From Lingula anatina (lineage: Eukaryota; Animalia; Brachiopoda), in NCBI GenBank assembly GCA_051362555.1, contig CM120643.1:5456001-5520000 (forward strand): 64,000 nucleotides of DNA, written 5' to 3'. The position numbers were made by a program, and so were the translations under genes. This document shows positions 10,501 to 25,000 of the stretch, piece by piece (position 1 is the first letter of the stretch; each line of letters begins with the position of its first letter). The notes beneath the pieces were generated by a model. It had not been told where the DNA came from. It made no database searches and was given only the letters and a program-made list of their open reading frames with translations.

Positions 10501-13500
10501 CGAATTTTATGACCAAGGTAGCTGCTCATTCTCTTGGTTCTGTAAGTAAACTGCTATTAAAAGTGCTCTGTGTGAACCGGCAATCTCACCGTGCAACATA
10601 AAATTGTTCTTAAGTTGTCCCCTATCAAATGACAGCCAAGTGGTTCCCAGATTATTTCTTTATTTGTTCTGGTTCAGGTTTTCGTCGATGACTACCATTG
10701 GTGTTTTGGCACCAATGTGGTATCCACTCCATATACTGACGCTGTTAATGACCTTAGTCACTTAGGACGCGGCACACGCTTCGTCGTTGGCCTCTTCTGG
10801 ATGTCTGTAAACACTGTTTTGACTGTTGACCGGTACAGGTGAAATCTGACCTCAATAAAGAAAGCCACGAGATTTCAGTGTTCAGCCCAGAAACAGTCAA
10901 GGTCTCAAATTCAATAGAGAAACATACAACGATGTTTTGCTGTTTATAGTAGGTTCCTCGGAGGTCGTCTGGCATGCTAACCTGCTAAAACCAGTTTGGT
11001 GTTCGCTAAGGGCCTTGAAAATTGCGTTTTGGTGGCAATTTACCCCTCATTCTGAACAGACTGGGTGGTTTTTGTTTAGTTGCAACAGCATATCCCGAAA
11101 GGCAGTGGGTCCTGTACCCTGGTGGTAAGATTTCAATACATAGGGTGTGGCCTCTGTGTAGGTACATCAGTCTGGGCATTACTCTATAAAACTGTGCGGA
11201 CCGTTTCGTTTGGCACAATTATCTGTCTGGCAATGCCTGTCTTTTTCGTGCCATTCTGCCACAGATTAACAAATTTGTAAAGCACTGCATAGCTCATTTT
11301 ACACACTGCAAACCCGACCACTTGCATGCAAAATTTCAAATTCTTCTATGCAGTAGTTGCCCACATATGGAGAGTTTTTTGACAGAACCATGCTTTGCCA
11401 AAACCAAGCCTTGACCTGCCCAAAGGAGCACTACCAAATTAAATCACTGCATATTACATAATGCAGCAGCGCAACAAACCTGGTGTTCAGTTAATTGGTA
11501 GCGACACACCTGACTACACACTTCTCCATTTACATATCTTATATGAGATCGGAGTTTGTGAAAAAAGAACGCATTTTCACCTAGGCATACCTTCGAAACT
11601 GAAATATTCCATATTAAATGTCAAGTCTGTACAAAACGCGCCCAAAACCCAATTTAATCCTGGTATATGCATATGGAATTTACCAGTGATACATCTTCAC
11701 AACATATTAAAGTCTCATGTCCTCTGTTAAGGATATACTTTATAGGTTAATTTCAGTAATGCATCAAAATTTTCTGGCCCAACTTTGGCCAAGCACATGG
11801 TTGGTTGTAAAACCAGTACTTGCCCAATGATGGAAAGCCAACCATTAGCATGGCACCAAGGTTGACACAACGTATGGTTGCTCTTCAGCAGTAAGTTGCA
11901 TACAGACGTTGGCCAAACATCAGCTAGCCAACATTGGCCAAATGGCATTTGCTCAACCATAGCCTTTGGCCCAACGTCATGCCAATGTTCAATTTCTAAT
12001 ATTTTGACAGCCAAGGTTGGCTCACTGCCATGTGCCTATCCAATCTTCATTGCTCTTCGTCATACTTCCGACATTGTTTAATTCTTTCTATTCCAAGCAT
12101 CTCCCATGGCGTCTCCTGCCACTTGTCAGCTGAGCCAAGTAAGACGCAGGGAGAATGATGCCGTTCTTACCCAGGAAGGGTATGAACGCCTTGAAATATG
12201 TTGGATTTTCCATCAGTACTTATTGACACTAAAATCATCCATAGATATGGGGTGCACGCAGTGTTAAATTACAAAAAGCAGAGGCACATTAATCCCACAA
12301 TGTCATCAACAGCAATTGGGACCACAAATACACAATGAAACGTTTTTACTAACAATAATGACCTACCTTTTAACATTAAAACTTATGATTAATGGACATA
12401 TAAAGCTGAACAAAGACACATTCCATGTCACAGTCTACCAATGCTTATATGTTAAATGCATTACTTACAGCAACACAACTTTCTATAAATCATTGCTTGG
12501 TTTTATTTAAATTCTAAATTTTAAATGATATACCAGTATTTCCCCTACTCCCATGTTTTTAAATGCGCCCATTCAAGTCACAGTTCATTACATGATACTA
12601 AATTAAATCCTTAATGGCACAGTTTTCCGTTCTGAGAACCCCTAGAAATAAAACACTTAGACATCAAAGATTAAGAACACGCATGTTCCAATCCATTTTC
12701 AAGGAGTTGTACGAGTATCCTTTGTTCCCAGCAATCTCCTATATAGTTTATTGCTGTCTCCGCAATTACAGTGTAACTAAATACGAGGACAACGTCGCAA
12801 TCATGCCTAGACAAACTCTAAGACCAAATTCTGCACCCTTGCCACTTTTGTAACTTAAAATCTTCAAGATATATATATCAAATTTAGAATACAATATTTT
12901 CCAGTAGTAATTCTTGTTTTACAATGTTTTTGATGTAAGGGTGAATTATTTTGCATTCACTTTTATAATTTAAAACATTCTTAGCAACTCGTCCTTGAGT
13001 TCAGTTGGCACAGGGGTAAGTTATCGTGTCATTTCTAGCACAATTGCTGGTAGCAACGCACAGCTACCAGTCACTAAAAGGTTTATTCGTGTGCGTGACA
13101 GAATGGTTCGTCTGCAGCCAGCAGCTCAAGAATGACTCTCTATAACCATTGGAATATCATATGTATTTTACCAGTAGGCCACTCTGATTAAAATTCATGG
13201 ATGACATCATCTAGAAACCCTAAAACTAATACCAGTGGGCAAAAAAATGTTGCTCAAGTGAAAGAATGCACAAGCTGCTGGAGATTACGCAAATAAAGTA
13301 ACAGAACGCACAGTATTTAACAAACAAGATATCGTAATTGGCGCTTAGGACACTAAAGAGTCAGTAGTCATCTGCTTTACCTCAGTGTATCAAACTGAAT
13401 TTGCCCATCTTCTGTCCACTAAATCCGAACAAAGCAACCCAATCCCTCTCATTCCCGTCATTTATGTATAAAAAATGTGCATGGTGCCCTGGACAGGACG

Positions 13501-16039
13501 TCTTTGGAGCCGTCTCAGTGAAAGTACACACTTGACATTTAATATGGAATATTTTTTTCCAAATCATTTTTCATCATTTTTTTCCTGTTTAGCTGACTGA
13601 TAAATTAAAATAAGGATTAAATTCGTGTTTTTATAACTTTTAATTATCTCTTTGATGTCACTGTGGCATCATTTCATTAATGGAATTCGCCAGAGGAGCA
13701 AACAAAAACACATTGCCTATTCTATGTCATACGACAACCATTAAAAGGGATATTTTGGACCTCCATATTTTCCAAATTATTGTCTGTAAAAGAGTTAAAC
13801 ACTCCACAAAGGACCCTCATGTCAGTGTCTAGTCACAGTACCGGTCGCTGTTACGCCTGACTTCTTCCGGCTGCTACCAGCGCTGTCAAGTGGCAAGGCA
13901 TTCCTTGGGATAGGTTTTTTAAGTTCAATCTGGAATAACTTTCCAGACATCGGTCAAAATCTGCCCAATTTGGTCCAGTATTGTTGTAGGACATGTAGGC
14001 CATTGATTCGGAGAGAAATGGCCTACCCACATATTGTCTATGTGGTTCAAATATGGCGAATTTTATGACCAATGTAGCTGCTCATTCTCTTGGTTCTGTA
14101 AGTAAACTGCTATTAAAAGTGCTCTGTGTGAACCGGCAATCTCACCGTGCAACATAAAATTGTTCTTAAGTTGTCCCCTATCAAATGACAGCCAAGTGGT
14201 TCCCAGATTATTTCTTTATTTGTTCTGGTTCAGGTTTTCGTCGATGACTACCATTGGTGTTTTGGCACCAATGTGGTATCCACTCCATATACTGACGCTG
14301 TTAATGACCTTAGTCACTTAGGACGCGGCACACGCTTCGTCGTTGGCCTCTTCTGGATGTCTGTAAACACTGTTTTGACTGTTGACCGGTACAGGTGAAA
14401 TCTGACCTCAATAAAGAAAGCCACGAGATTTCAGTGTTCAGCCCAGAAACAGTCAAGGTCTCAAATTCAATAGAGAAACATACAACGATGTTTTGCTGTT
14501 TATAGTAGGTTCCTCGGAGGTCGTCTGGCATGCTAACCTGCTAAAACCAGTTTGGTGTTCGCTAAGGGCCTTGAAAATTGCGTTTTGGTGGCAATTTACC
14601 CCTCATTCTGAACAGACTGGGTGGTTTTTGTTTAGTTGCAACAGCATATCCCGAAAGGCAGTGGGTCCTGTACCCTGGTGGTAAGATTTCAATACATAGG
14701 GTGTGGCCTCTGTGTAGGTACATCAGTCTGGGCATTACTCTATAAAACTGTGCGGACCGTTTCGTTTGGCACAATTATCTGTCTGGCAATGCCTGTCTTT
14801 TTCGTGCCATTCTGCCACAGATTAACAAATTTGTAAAGCACTGCATAGCTCATTTTACACACTGCAAACCCGACCACTTGCATGCAAAATTTCAAATTCT
14901 TCTATGCAGTAGTTGCCCACATATGGAGAGTTTTTTGACAGAACCATGCTTTGCCAAAACCAAGCCTTGACCTGCCCAAAGGAGCACTACCAAATTAAAT
15001 CACTGCATATTACATAATGCAGCAGCGCAACAAACCTGGTGTTCAGTTAATTGGTAGCGACACACCTGACTACACACTTCTCCATTTACATATCTTATAT
15101 GAGATCGGAGTTTGTGAAAAAAGAACGCATTTTCACCTAGGCATACCTTCGAAACTGAAATATTCCATATTAAATGTCAAGTCTGTACAAAACGCGCCCA
15201 AAACCCAATTTAATCCTGGTATATGCATATGGAATTTACCAGTGATACATCTTCACAACATATTAAAGTCTCATGTCCTCTGTTAAGGATATACTTTATA
15301 GGTTAATTTCAGTAATGCATCAAAATTTTCTGGCCCAACTTTGGCCAAGCACATGGTTGGTTGTAAAACCAGTACTTGCCCAATGATGGAAAGCCAACCA
15401 TTAGCATGGCACCAAGGTTGACACAACGTATGGTTGCTCTTCAGCAGTAAGTTGCATACAGACGTTGGCCAAACATCAGCTAGCCAACATTGGCCAAATG
15501 GCATTTGCTCAACCATAGCCTTTGGCCCAACGTCATGCCAATGTTCAATTTCTAATATTTTGACAGCCAAGGTTGGCTCACTGCCATGTGCCTATCCAAT
15601 CTTCATTGCTCTTCGTCATACTTCCGACATTGTTTAATTCTTTCTATTCCAAGCATCTCCCATGGCGTCTCCTGCCACTTGTCAGCTGAGCCAAGTAAGA
15701 CGCAGGGAGAATGATGCCGTTCTTACCCAGGAAGGGTATGAACGCCTTGAAATATGTTGGATTTTCCATCAGTACTTATTGACACTAAAATCATCCATAG
15801 ATATGGGGTGCACGCAGTGTTAAATTACAAAAAGCAGAGGCACATTAATCCCACAATGTCATCAACAGCAATTGGGACCACAAATACACAATGAAACGTT
15901 TTTACTAACAATAATGACCTACCTTTTAACATTAAAACTTATGATTAATGGACATATAAAGCTGAACAAAGACACATTCCATGTCACAGTCTACCAATGC
16001 TTATATGTTAAATGCATTACTTACAGCAACACAACTTTC

Positions 16040-19000
16040 TATAAATCATTGCTTGGTTTTATTTAAATTCTAAATTTTAAATGATATACCAGTATTTCCC
16101 CTACTCCCATGTTTTTAAATGCGCCCATTCAAGTCACAGTTCATTACATGATACTAAATTAAATCCTTAATGGCACAGTTTTCCGTTCTGAGAACCCCTA
16201 GAAATAAAACACTTAGACATCAAAGATTAAGAACACGCATGTTCCAATCCATTTTCAAGGAGTTGTACGAGTATCCTTTGTTCCCAGCAATCTCCTATAT
16301 AGTTTATTGCTGTCTCCGCAATTACAGTGTAACTAAATACGAGGACAACGTCGCAATCATGCCTAGACAAACTCTAAGACCAAATTCTGCACCCTTGCCA
16401 CTTTTGTAACTTAAAATCTTCAAGATATATATATCAAATTTAGAATACAATATTTTCCAGTAGTAATTCTTGTTTTACAATGTTTTTGATGTAAGGGTGA
16501 ATTATTTTGCATTCACTTTTATAATTTAAAACATTCTTAGCAACTCGTCCTTGAGTTCAGTTGGCACAGGGGTAAGTTATCGTGTCATTTCTAGCACAAT
16601 TGCTGGTAGCAACGCACAGCTACCAGTCACTAAAAGGTTTATTCGTGTGCGTGACAGAATGGTTCGTCTGCAGCCAGCAGCTCAAGAATGACTCTCTATA
16701 ACCATTGGAATATCATATGTATTTTACCAGTAGGCCACTCTGATTAAAATTCATGGATGACATCATCTAGAAACCCTAAAACTAATACCAGTGGGCAAAA
16801 AAATGTTGCTCAAGTGAAAGAATGCACAAGCTGCTGGAGATTACGCAAATAAAGTAACAGAACGCACAGTATTTAACAAACAAGATATCGTAATTGGCGC
16901 TTAGGACACTAAAGAGTCAGTAGTCATCTGCTTTACCTCAGTGTATCAAACTGAATTTGCCCATCTTCTGTCCACTAAATCCGAACAAAGCAACCCAATC
17001 CCTCTCATTCCCGTCATTTATGTATAAAAAATGTGCATGGTGCCCTGGACAGGACGTCTTTGGAGCCGTCTCAGTGAAAGTACACACTTGACATTTAATA
17101 TGGAATATTTTTTTCCAAATCATTTTTCATCATTTTTTTCCTGTTTAGCTGACTGATAAATTAAAATAAGGATTAAATTCGTGTTTTTATAACTTTTAAT
17201 TATCTCTTTGATGTCACTGTGGCATCATTTCATTAATGGAATTCGCCAGAGGAGCAAACAAAAACACATTGCTTATTCTATGTCATACGACAACCATTAA
17301 AAGGGATATTTTGGACCTCCAGATTTTCCAAATTATTGTCTGTAAAAGAGTTAAACGCTCCACAAAGGACCCTCATGTCAGTGTCTAGTCACAGTAACGG
17401 TCGCTGTTACGCCTGACTTCTTCCGGCTGCTACCAGCGCTGTCAAGTGGCAAGGCATTCCTTGGGATAGGTTTTTCAAGTTCAATCTGGAATAACTTTCC
17501 AGGCATCGGTCAAAATCTGTCCAATTTGGTCCAGTTTTGTTGTAGGACGTGTAGTCCATTGATTCAGAGAGAAATGGCCTACCCACATATTGTCTATGTG
17601 GTTCAAATATGGCGATTTTTATGACCAAGGTAGCTGCTCATTCCCTTGGTTCTGTAAGTAAACTGCTATTAAAAGTGCTCTGTGTGAACCGGCAATCTTA
17701 CCGTACAACATAAAATTGTTCTTTAGTTGTCCCCTATCAAATGATAGCCAAGTGGTTCCCAGATTATTTCTTTATTTGATCTGGTTCAGGTTTTCGTCGA
17801 TGACTACCATTGGTGTTTTGGCACCAATGTGGTATCCACTCCATATACTGACGCTGTTAATGACCTTAGTCACTTAAGACGCGGCACACGCTTCGTCGTT
17901 GGCCTCTTCTGGATGTCTGTAAACTCTGTTTTGACTGTTGAGTGGTACAGGTGAAATCTGACCTCAATAAAGAAAGCCACGAGATTTCATTGTTCAGCCC
18001 AGAAACAGTCAAGGTCTCCAATTCAATAGAGAAACATACAACGATGTTTTGCTGTTTATAGTGGGTTCCTCGGAGGTCGTCTGGTATTCTAACCTGCTAA
18101 AACCAGTTTGGTGTTCGCTAAGGGCCTTGAAAAATGCGTTTTGGTGGCAATTTACCCCTCATTCTGAACAGACTGGCTGGTTTTTGTTTAGTTGCAAAAG
18201 CATATCCCGAAAGACAGTGGGTCCTGTACCATGGTGGTAAGATTTCAATACATAGGGTGTGGCCTCTGTGTAGGTACATCAGTCTGGGCATTACTCTATA
18301 AAACTGTGCGGACCGTTTCGTTTGGCACAATTATCTGTCTGGCAATGCCTGTCTTTTTCGTGCCATTCTGCCACAGATTAACAAATTTGTAAAGCACTGC
18401 ATAGCTCATTTTACACACTGCAAACCCGACCACTTGCATGCAAAATTTCAAATTCTTCTATGCAGTAGTTGCCCACATATGGAGAGTTTTTTGACAGAAC
18501 CATGCTTTGCCAAAACCAAGCCTTGACCTGCCCAAAGGAGCACTACCAAATTAAATCACTGCATATTACATAATGCAGCAGCGCAACAAACCTGGTGTTC
18601 AGTTTATTGGTAGCGACACACCTGACTACACACTTCTCCATTCACATATCTTATATGAGATCGGAGTTTGTGAAAAAAGAATGCATTTTCACCTAGGCAT
18701 ACCTTCGAAACTGAAATATTCCATATTAAATGTCAAGTCTGTACAAAACGCGCCCAACGCCCAATTTAATCCTGGTATATGCATATGGAATTTACCAGTG
18801 ATACATCTTCACAACATATTAAAGTCTCATGTCCTCTGTTAAGGATATACTTTATAGGTTAATTTTAGTAATGCATCAAAATTTTCTGGCCCAACTTTGG
18901 CCAAGCACATGGTTGGTTGTAAAACCAGTACTTGCCCAATGTTGGAAAGCCAACCATTAGCATGGCACCAAGGTTGACACAACGTATGGTTGCTCTTCAG

Positions 19001-22000
19001 CAGTAAGTTGCATACAGACGTTGGCCAAACATCAGCTAGCCAACATTGGCCAAATGGCATTTGCTCAACCATAGCCTTTGGCCCAACGTCATGTTGTTCA
19101 ATTTCTAATATTTTGACAGCCAAGGTTGGCTCACTGCCATGTGCCCAACCAATCTTCATTGCTCTTCGTCATACTTCCGACATTGTTTAATTCTTTCTAT
19201 TCCAAGCATCCCCCATGGCGTCTCCTGCCACTTGTCAGCTGAGCCAAGTAAGACGCAGGGAGAATGATCCCGTTCTTACCCAGGAAGGGTATGAACGCCT
19301 TGAAATATGTTGGATTTTCCATCAGTACTTATTGACACTAAAATCATCCATAGATATGGGGTGCACGCAGTGTTAAATTACAAAAAGCAGAGGCACATTA
19401 ATCCCACAATGTCATCAACAGCAATTGGGACCACAAATACACAATGAAACGTTTTTACTAACAATTATGATCTACCTTTTAACATTAAAACTTATGATTA
19501 ATGGACATATAAAGCTGAACAAAGACACATTCCATGTCACAGTCTACCAATGCTTATATGTTAAATGCATTACTTACAGCAACACAACTCTCTATAAGTC
19601 ATTGCTTGGTTTTATTTAAATTCTAAATTTTAAATGATATACCAGTATTTCCCCTACTCCCATGTTTTTAAATGCGCCCATTCAAGTCACAGTTCATTAC
19701 ATGATACTAAATTAAATCCTTAATGGCACAGTTTTCCGTTCTGAGAACCCCTAGAAATAAAACACTTAGACATCAAAGATTAAGAACACGCATGTTCCAA
19801 TCCATTTTCAAGGAGTTGTACGAGTATCCTTTGTTCCCAGCAATCTCCTATATAGTTTATTGCTGTCTCCGCAATTACAGTGTAACTAAATACGAGGACA
19901 ACGTCGCAATCATGCCTAGACAAACTCTAAGACCAAATTCTGCACCCTTGCCACTTTTGTAACTTAAAATCTTCAAGATATATATATCAAATTTAGAATA
20001 CAATATTTTCCAGTAGTAATTCTTGTTTTACAATGTTTTTGATGTAAGGGTGAATTATTTTGCATTCACTTTTATAATTTAAAACATTCTTAGCAACTCG
20101 TCCTTGAGTTCAGTTGGCACAGGGGTAAGTTATCGTGTCATTTCTAGCACAATTGCTGGTAGCAACGCACAGCTACCAGTCACTCAAAGGTTTATTCGTG
20201 TGCGTGACAGAATGGTTCGTCTACAGCCAGCAGCTCAAGAATGACTCTCTATAACCATTGGAATATCATATGTATTCTACCAGTAGGCCACTCTGATTAA
20301 GATTCATGGATGACATCATCTAGAGACCCTAAAACTAATACCAGTGGGCAAAAAAATGTTGCTCAAGTAAAAGAATGCACAAGCTGCTGGAGATTACGCA
20401 AATAAAGTAACAGAACGCACAGTATTAAACAAACAAGATATCTTAATTGGCGCTTAGGACACTAAAGAGTCAGTAGTCATCTGCTTTACCTCGGTGTATC
20501 AAACTGAATTTGCCCATCTTCTGTCCACTTAATCCGAACAAAGCAACCCAATCCCTCTCATTCCCGTCATTTATGTATAAAAAATGTGCATGGTGCCCTG
20601 GACAGGACGTCTTTGGAGCCGTCTCAGTGAAAGTACAGACATTTAATATGGAATATTTTTTTCCAAATCATTTTTCATTAGTTTTTTTCCTATTTTGCAG
20701 ACTGATAAATGAAAATAAGGATTAAAATCGTGTTTTAATAACTTTTAATTATCTCCTTGATGTCATTGTGGCATCAGTTCATTAATGGAATTCGCCAGAG
20801 GAGCAAACAAAAACACATTGCCTATTCTATGTCATACAACAACCATTAAAAGGGATATTTTGGACCTCCATATTTTCCAAATTATTGTCTGTAAAAGAGT
20901 TAAACGCTCCACAAAGGACCCTCATGTCAGTGTCTAGTCACAGTAACGGTCGCTGTTACGCCTGACTTCTTCCGGCTGCTACCAGCGCTGTCAAGTGGCA
21001 AGGCTTTCCTTGGGATAGGTTTTTTAAGTTCAATCTGGAATAACTTTCCAGACATCGGTCAAAATCTGCCCAATTTGGTCCAGTTTTGTTGTAGGACATG
21101 TAGGCCATTGATTCGGAGAGAAATGGCCTACCCACATATTGTCTATGTGGTTCAAATATGGCGAATTTTATTACCAAGGTAGCTGCTCATTCCCTTGGTT
21201 CTGTAAGTAAACTGCTATTAAAAGTGCTCTGTGTGAACCGGCAATCTCACCGTGCAATTGTTCTTAAGTTGTCCCCTATCAAATGATAGCCAAGTGGTTC
21301 CCAGATTATTTCTTTATTTGATCTGGTTCAGGTTTTCGTCGATGACTACCATTGGTTTTTTGGCACCAATGTGGTATCCACTCCATATACTGACGCTGTT
21401 AATGACCTTAGTCACTTAAGACACGGCACACGCTTCGTCGTTGGCCTCTTCTGGATGTCTGTAAACTCTGTTCTAACTGTTGAGCGGTACAGGTGAACTC
21501 TGACCTCAATAAAGAAAGCCACGAGATTTCAGTGTTAAGCCCAGAAACAGTCAAGGTCTCAAATTCAATAGAGAAACATACAACGATGTTTTGCTGTTTA
21601 TAGTGGGTTCCTCGGAGGTCGTCTGGTATTCTAACCTGCTAAAACCAGTGTGGTGTTCGCTAAGGGCCTTGAAAAATGCGTTTTGGTGGCAATTTACCCT
21701 TCATTCTGAACAGACTGGGTGGTTTTTGTTTAGTTGCAAAAGCATATCCCGAAAGACAGTGGGTCCTGTACCCTGGTGGTAAGATTTCAATACATAGGGT
21801 GTGGCCTCTGTGAAGGTACATCAGTCTGGGCATTACTCTATAAAACTGTGTGGACCGTTTCGTTTGGCACAATTATCTGTCTGGCAATGCCTGTCTTTTT
21901 CGTGCCATTCTGCCACAGATTAACAAATTTGTAAAGCACTGCATAGCTCATTTTACACACTGCAAACCCGACCACTTGCATGCAAAATTTCAAATTCTTC

Positions 22001-25000
22001 TATGCAGTAGTTGCCGACATATGGAGAGTTTTTTGACAGAACCATGCTTTGCCAAAACCAAGCCTTGACCTGCCCAAAGGAGCACTACCAAATTAAATCA
22101 CTGCATATTACATAATGCAGCAGCGCAACAAACCTGGTGTTCAGTTTATTGGTAGCGACACACCTGACTACACACTTCTCCATTCACATATCTTATATGA
22201 GATCGGAGTTTGTGAAAAAAGAATGCATTTTCACCTAGGCATACCTTCGAAACTGAAATATTCCATATTAAATGTCAAGTCTGTACAAAACGCGCCCAAC
22301 GCCCAATTTAATCCTGGTATATGCATATGGAATTTACCAGTGATACATCTTCACAACATATTAAAGTCTCATGTCCTCTGTTAAGGATATACTTTATAGG
22401 TTAATTTTAGTAATGCATCAAAATTTTCTGGCCCAACTTTGGCCAAGCACATGGTTGGTTGTAAAACCAGTACTTGCCCAATGTTGGAAAGCCAACCATT
22501 AGCATGGCACCAAGGTTGACACAACGTATGGTTGCTCTTCAGCAGTAAGTTGCATACAGACGTTGGCCAAACATCAGCTAGCCAACATTGGCCAAATGGC
22601 ATTTGCTCAACCATAGCCTTTGGCCCAACGTCATGCCAATGTTCAATTTCTAATATTTTGACAGCCAAGGTTGGCTCACTGCCATGTGCCCAACCAATCT
22701 TCATTGCTCTTCGTCATACTTCCGACATTGTTTAATTCTTTCTATTCCAAGCATCCCCCATGGCGTCTCCTGCCACTTGTCAGCTGAGCCATGTAAGACG
22801 CAGGGAGAATGATGCCGTTCTTACCCAGGAAGGATATGAACGCCTTGAAATATGTTGGATTTTCCATCAGTACTTATTGACACTAAAATCATCCATAGAT
22901 ATGGGGTGCACGCAGTGTTAAATTACAAAAAGCAGAGGCACATTAATCCCACAATGTCATCAACAGCAATTGGGACCACAAATACACAATGAAACGTTTT
23001 TACTAACAATAATGATCTACCTTTTAACATTAAAACTTATGATTAATGGACATATAAAGCTGAACAAAGACACATTCCATGTCACAGTCTACCAATGCTT
23101 ATATGTTAAATGCATTACTTACAGCAACACAACTCTCTATAAATCATTGCTTGGTTTTATTTAAATTCTAAATTTTAAATGATATACCAGTATTTCCCCT
23201 ACTCCCATGTTTTTAAATGCGCCCATTCAAGTCACAGTTCATTACATGATACTAAATTAAATCCTTAATGGCACAGTTTTCCGTTCTGAGAACCCCTAGA
23301 AATAAAACACTTAGACATCAAAGATTAAGAACACGCATGTTCCAATCCATTTTCAAGGAGTTGTACGAGTATCCTTTGTTCCCAGCAATCTCCTATATAG
23401 TTTATTGCTGTCTCCGCAATTACAGTGTAACTAAATACGAGGACAACGTCGCAATCATGCCTAGACAAACTCTAAGACCAAATTCTGCACCCTTGCCACT
23501 TTTGTAACTTAAAATCTTCAAGATATATATATCAAATTTAGAATACAATATTTTCCAGTAGTAATTCTTGTTTTACAATGTTTTTGATGTAAGGGTGAAT
23601 TATTTTGCATTCACTTTTATAATTTAAAACATTCTTAGCAACTCGTCCTTGAGTTCAGTTGGCACAGGGGTAAGTTATCGTGTCATTTCTAGCACAATTG
23701 CTGGTAGCAACGCACAGCTACCAGTCACTAAAAGGTTTATTCGTGTGCGTGACAGAATGGTTCGTCTGCAGCCAGCAGCTCAAGAATGACTCTCTATAAC
23801 CATTGGAATATCATATGTATTTTACCAGTAGGCCACTCTGATTAAAATTCATGGATGACATCATCTAGAAACCCTAAAACTAATACCAGTGGGCAAAAAA
23901 ATGTTGCTCAAGTGAAAGAATGCACAAGCTGCTGGAGATTACGCAAATAAAGTAACAGAACGCACAGTATTTAACAAACAAGATATCGTAATTGGCGCTT
24001 AGGACACTAAAGAGTCAGTAGTCATCTGCTTTACCTCAGTGTATCAAACTGAATTTGCCCATCTTCTGTCCACTAAATCCGAACAAAGCAACCCAATCCC
24101 TCTCATTCCCGTCATTTATGTATAAAAAATGTGCATGGTGCCCTGGACAGGACGTCTTTGGAGCCGTCTCAGTGAAAGTACACACTTGACATTTAATATG
24201 GAATATTTTTTTCCAAATCATTTTTCATCATTTTTTTCCTGTTTAGCTGACTGATAAATTAAAATAAGGATTAAATTCGTGTTTTTATAACTTTTAATTA
24301 TCTCTTTGATGTCACTGTGGCATCATTTCATTAATGGAATTCGCCAGAGGAGCAAACAAAAACACATTGCTTATTCTATGTCATACGACAACCATTAAAA
24401 GGGATATTTTGGACCTCCAGATTTTCCAAATTATTGTCTGTAAAAGAGTTAAACGCTCCACAAAGGACCCTCATGTCAGTGTCTAGTCACAGTAACGGTC
24501 GCTGTTACGCCTGACTTCTTCCGGCTGCTACCAGCGCTGTCAAGTGGCAAGGCATTCCTTGGGATAGGTTTTTCAAGTTCAATCTGGAATAACTTTCCAG
24601 GCATCGGTCAAAATCTGTCCAATTTGGTCCAGTTTTGTTGTAGGACGTGTAGTCCATTGATTCAGAGAGAAATGGCCTACCCACATATTGTCTATGTGGT
24701 TCAAATATGGCGATTTTTATGACCAAGGTAGCTGCTCATTCCCTTGGTTCTGTAAGTAAACTGCTATTAAAAGTGCTCTGTGTGAACCGGCAATCTTACC
24801 GTACAACATAAAATTGTTCTTTAGTTGTCCCCTATCAAATGATAGCCAAGTGGTTCCCAGATTATTTCTTTATTTGATCTGGTTCAGGTTTTCGTCGATG
24901 ACTACCATTGGTGTTTTGGCACCAATGTGGTATCCACTCCATATACTGACGCTGTTAATGACCTTAGTCACTTAAGACGCGGCACACGCTTCGTCGTTGG

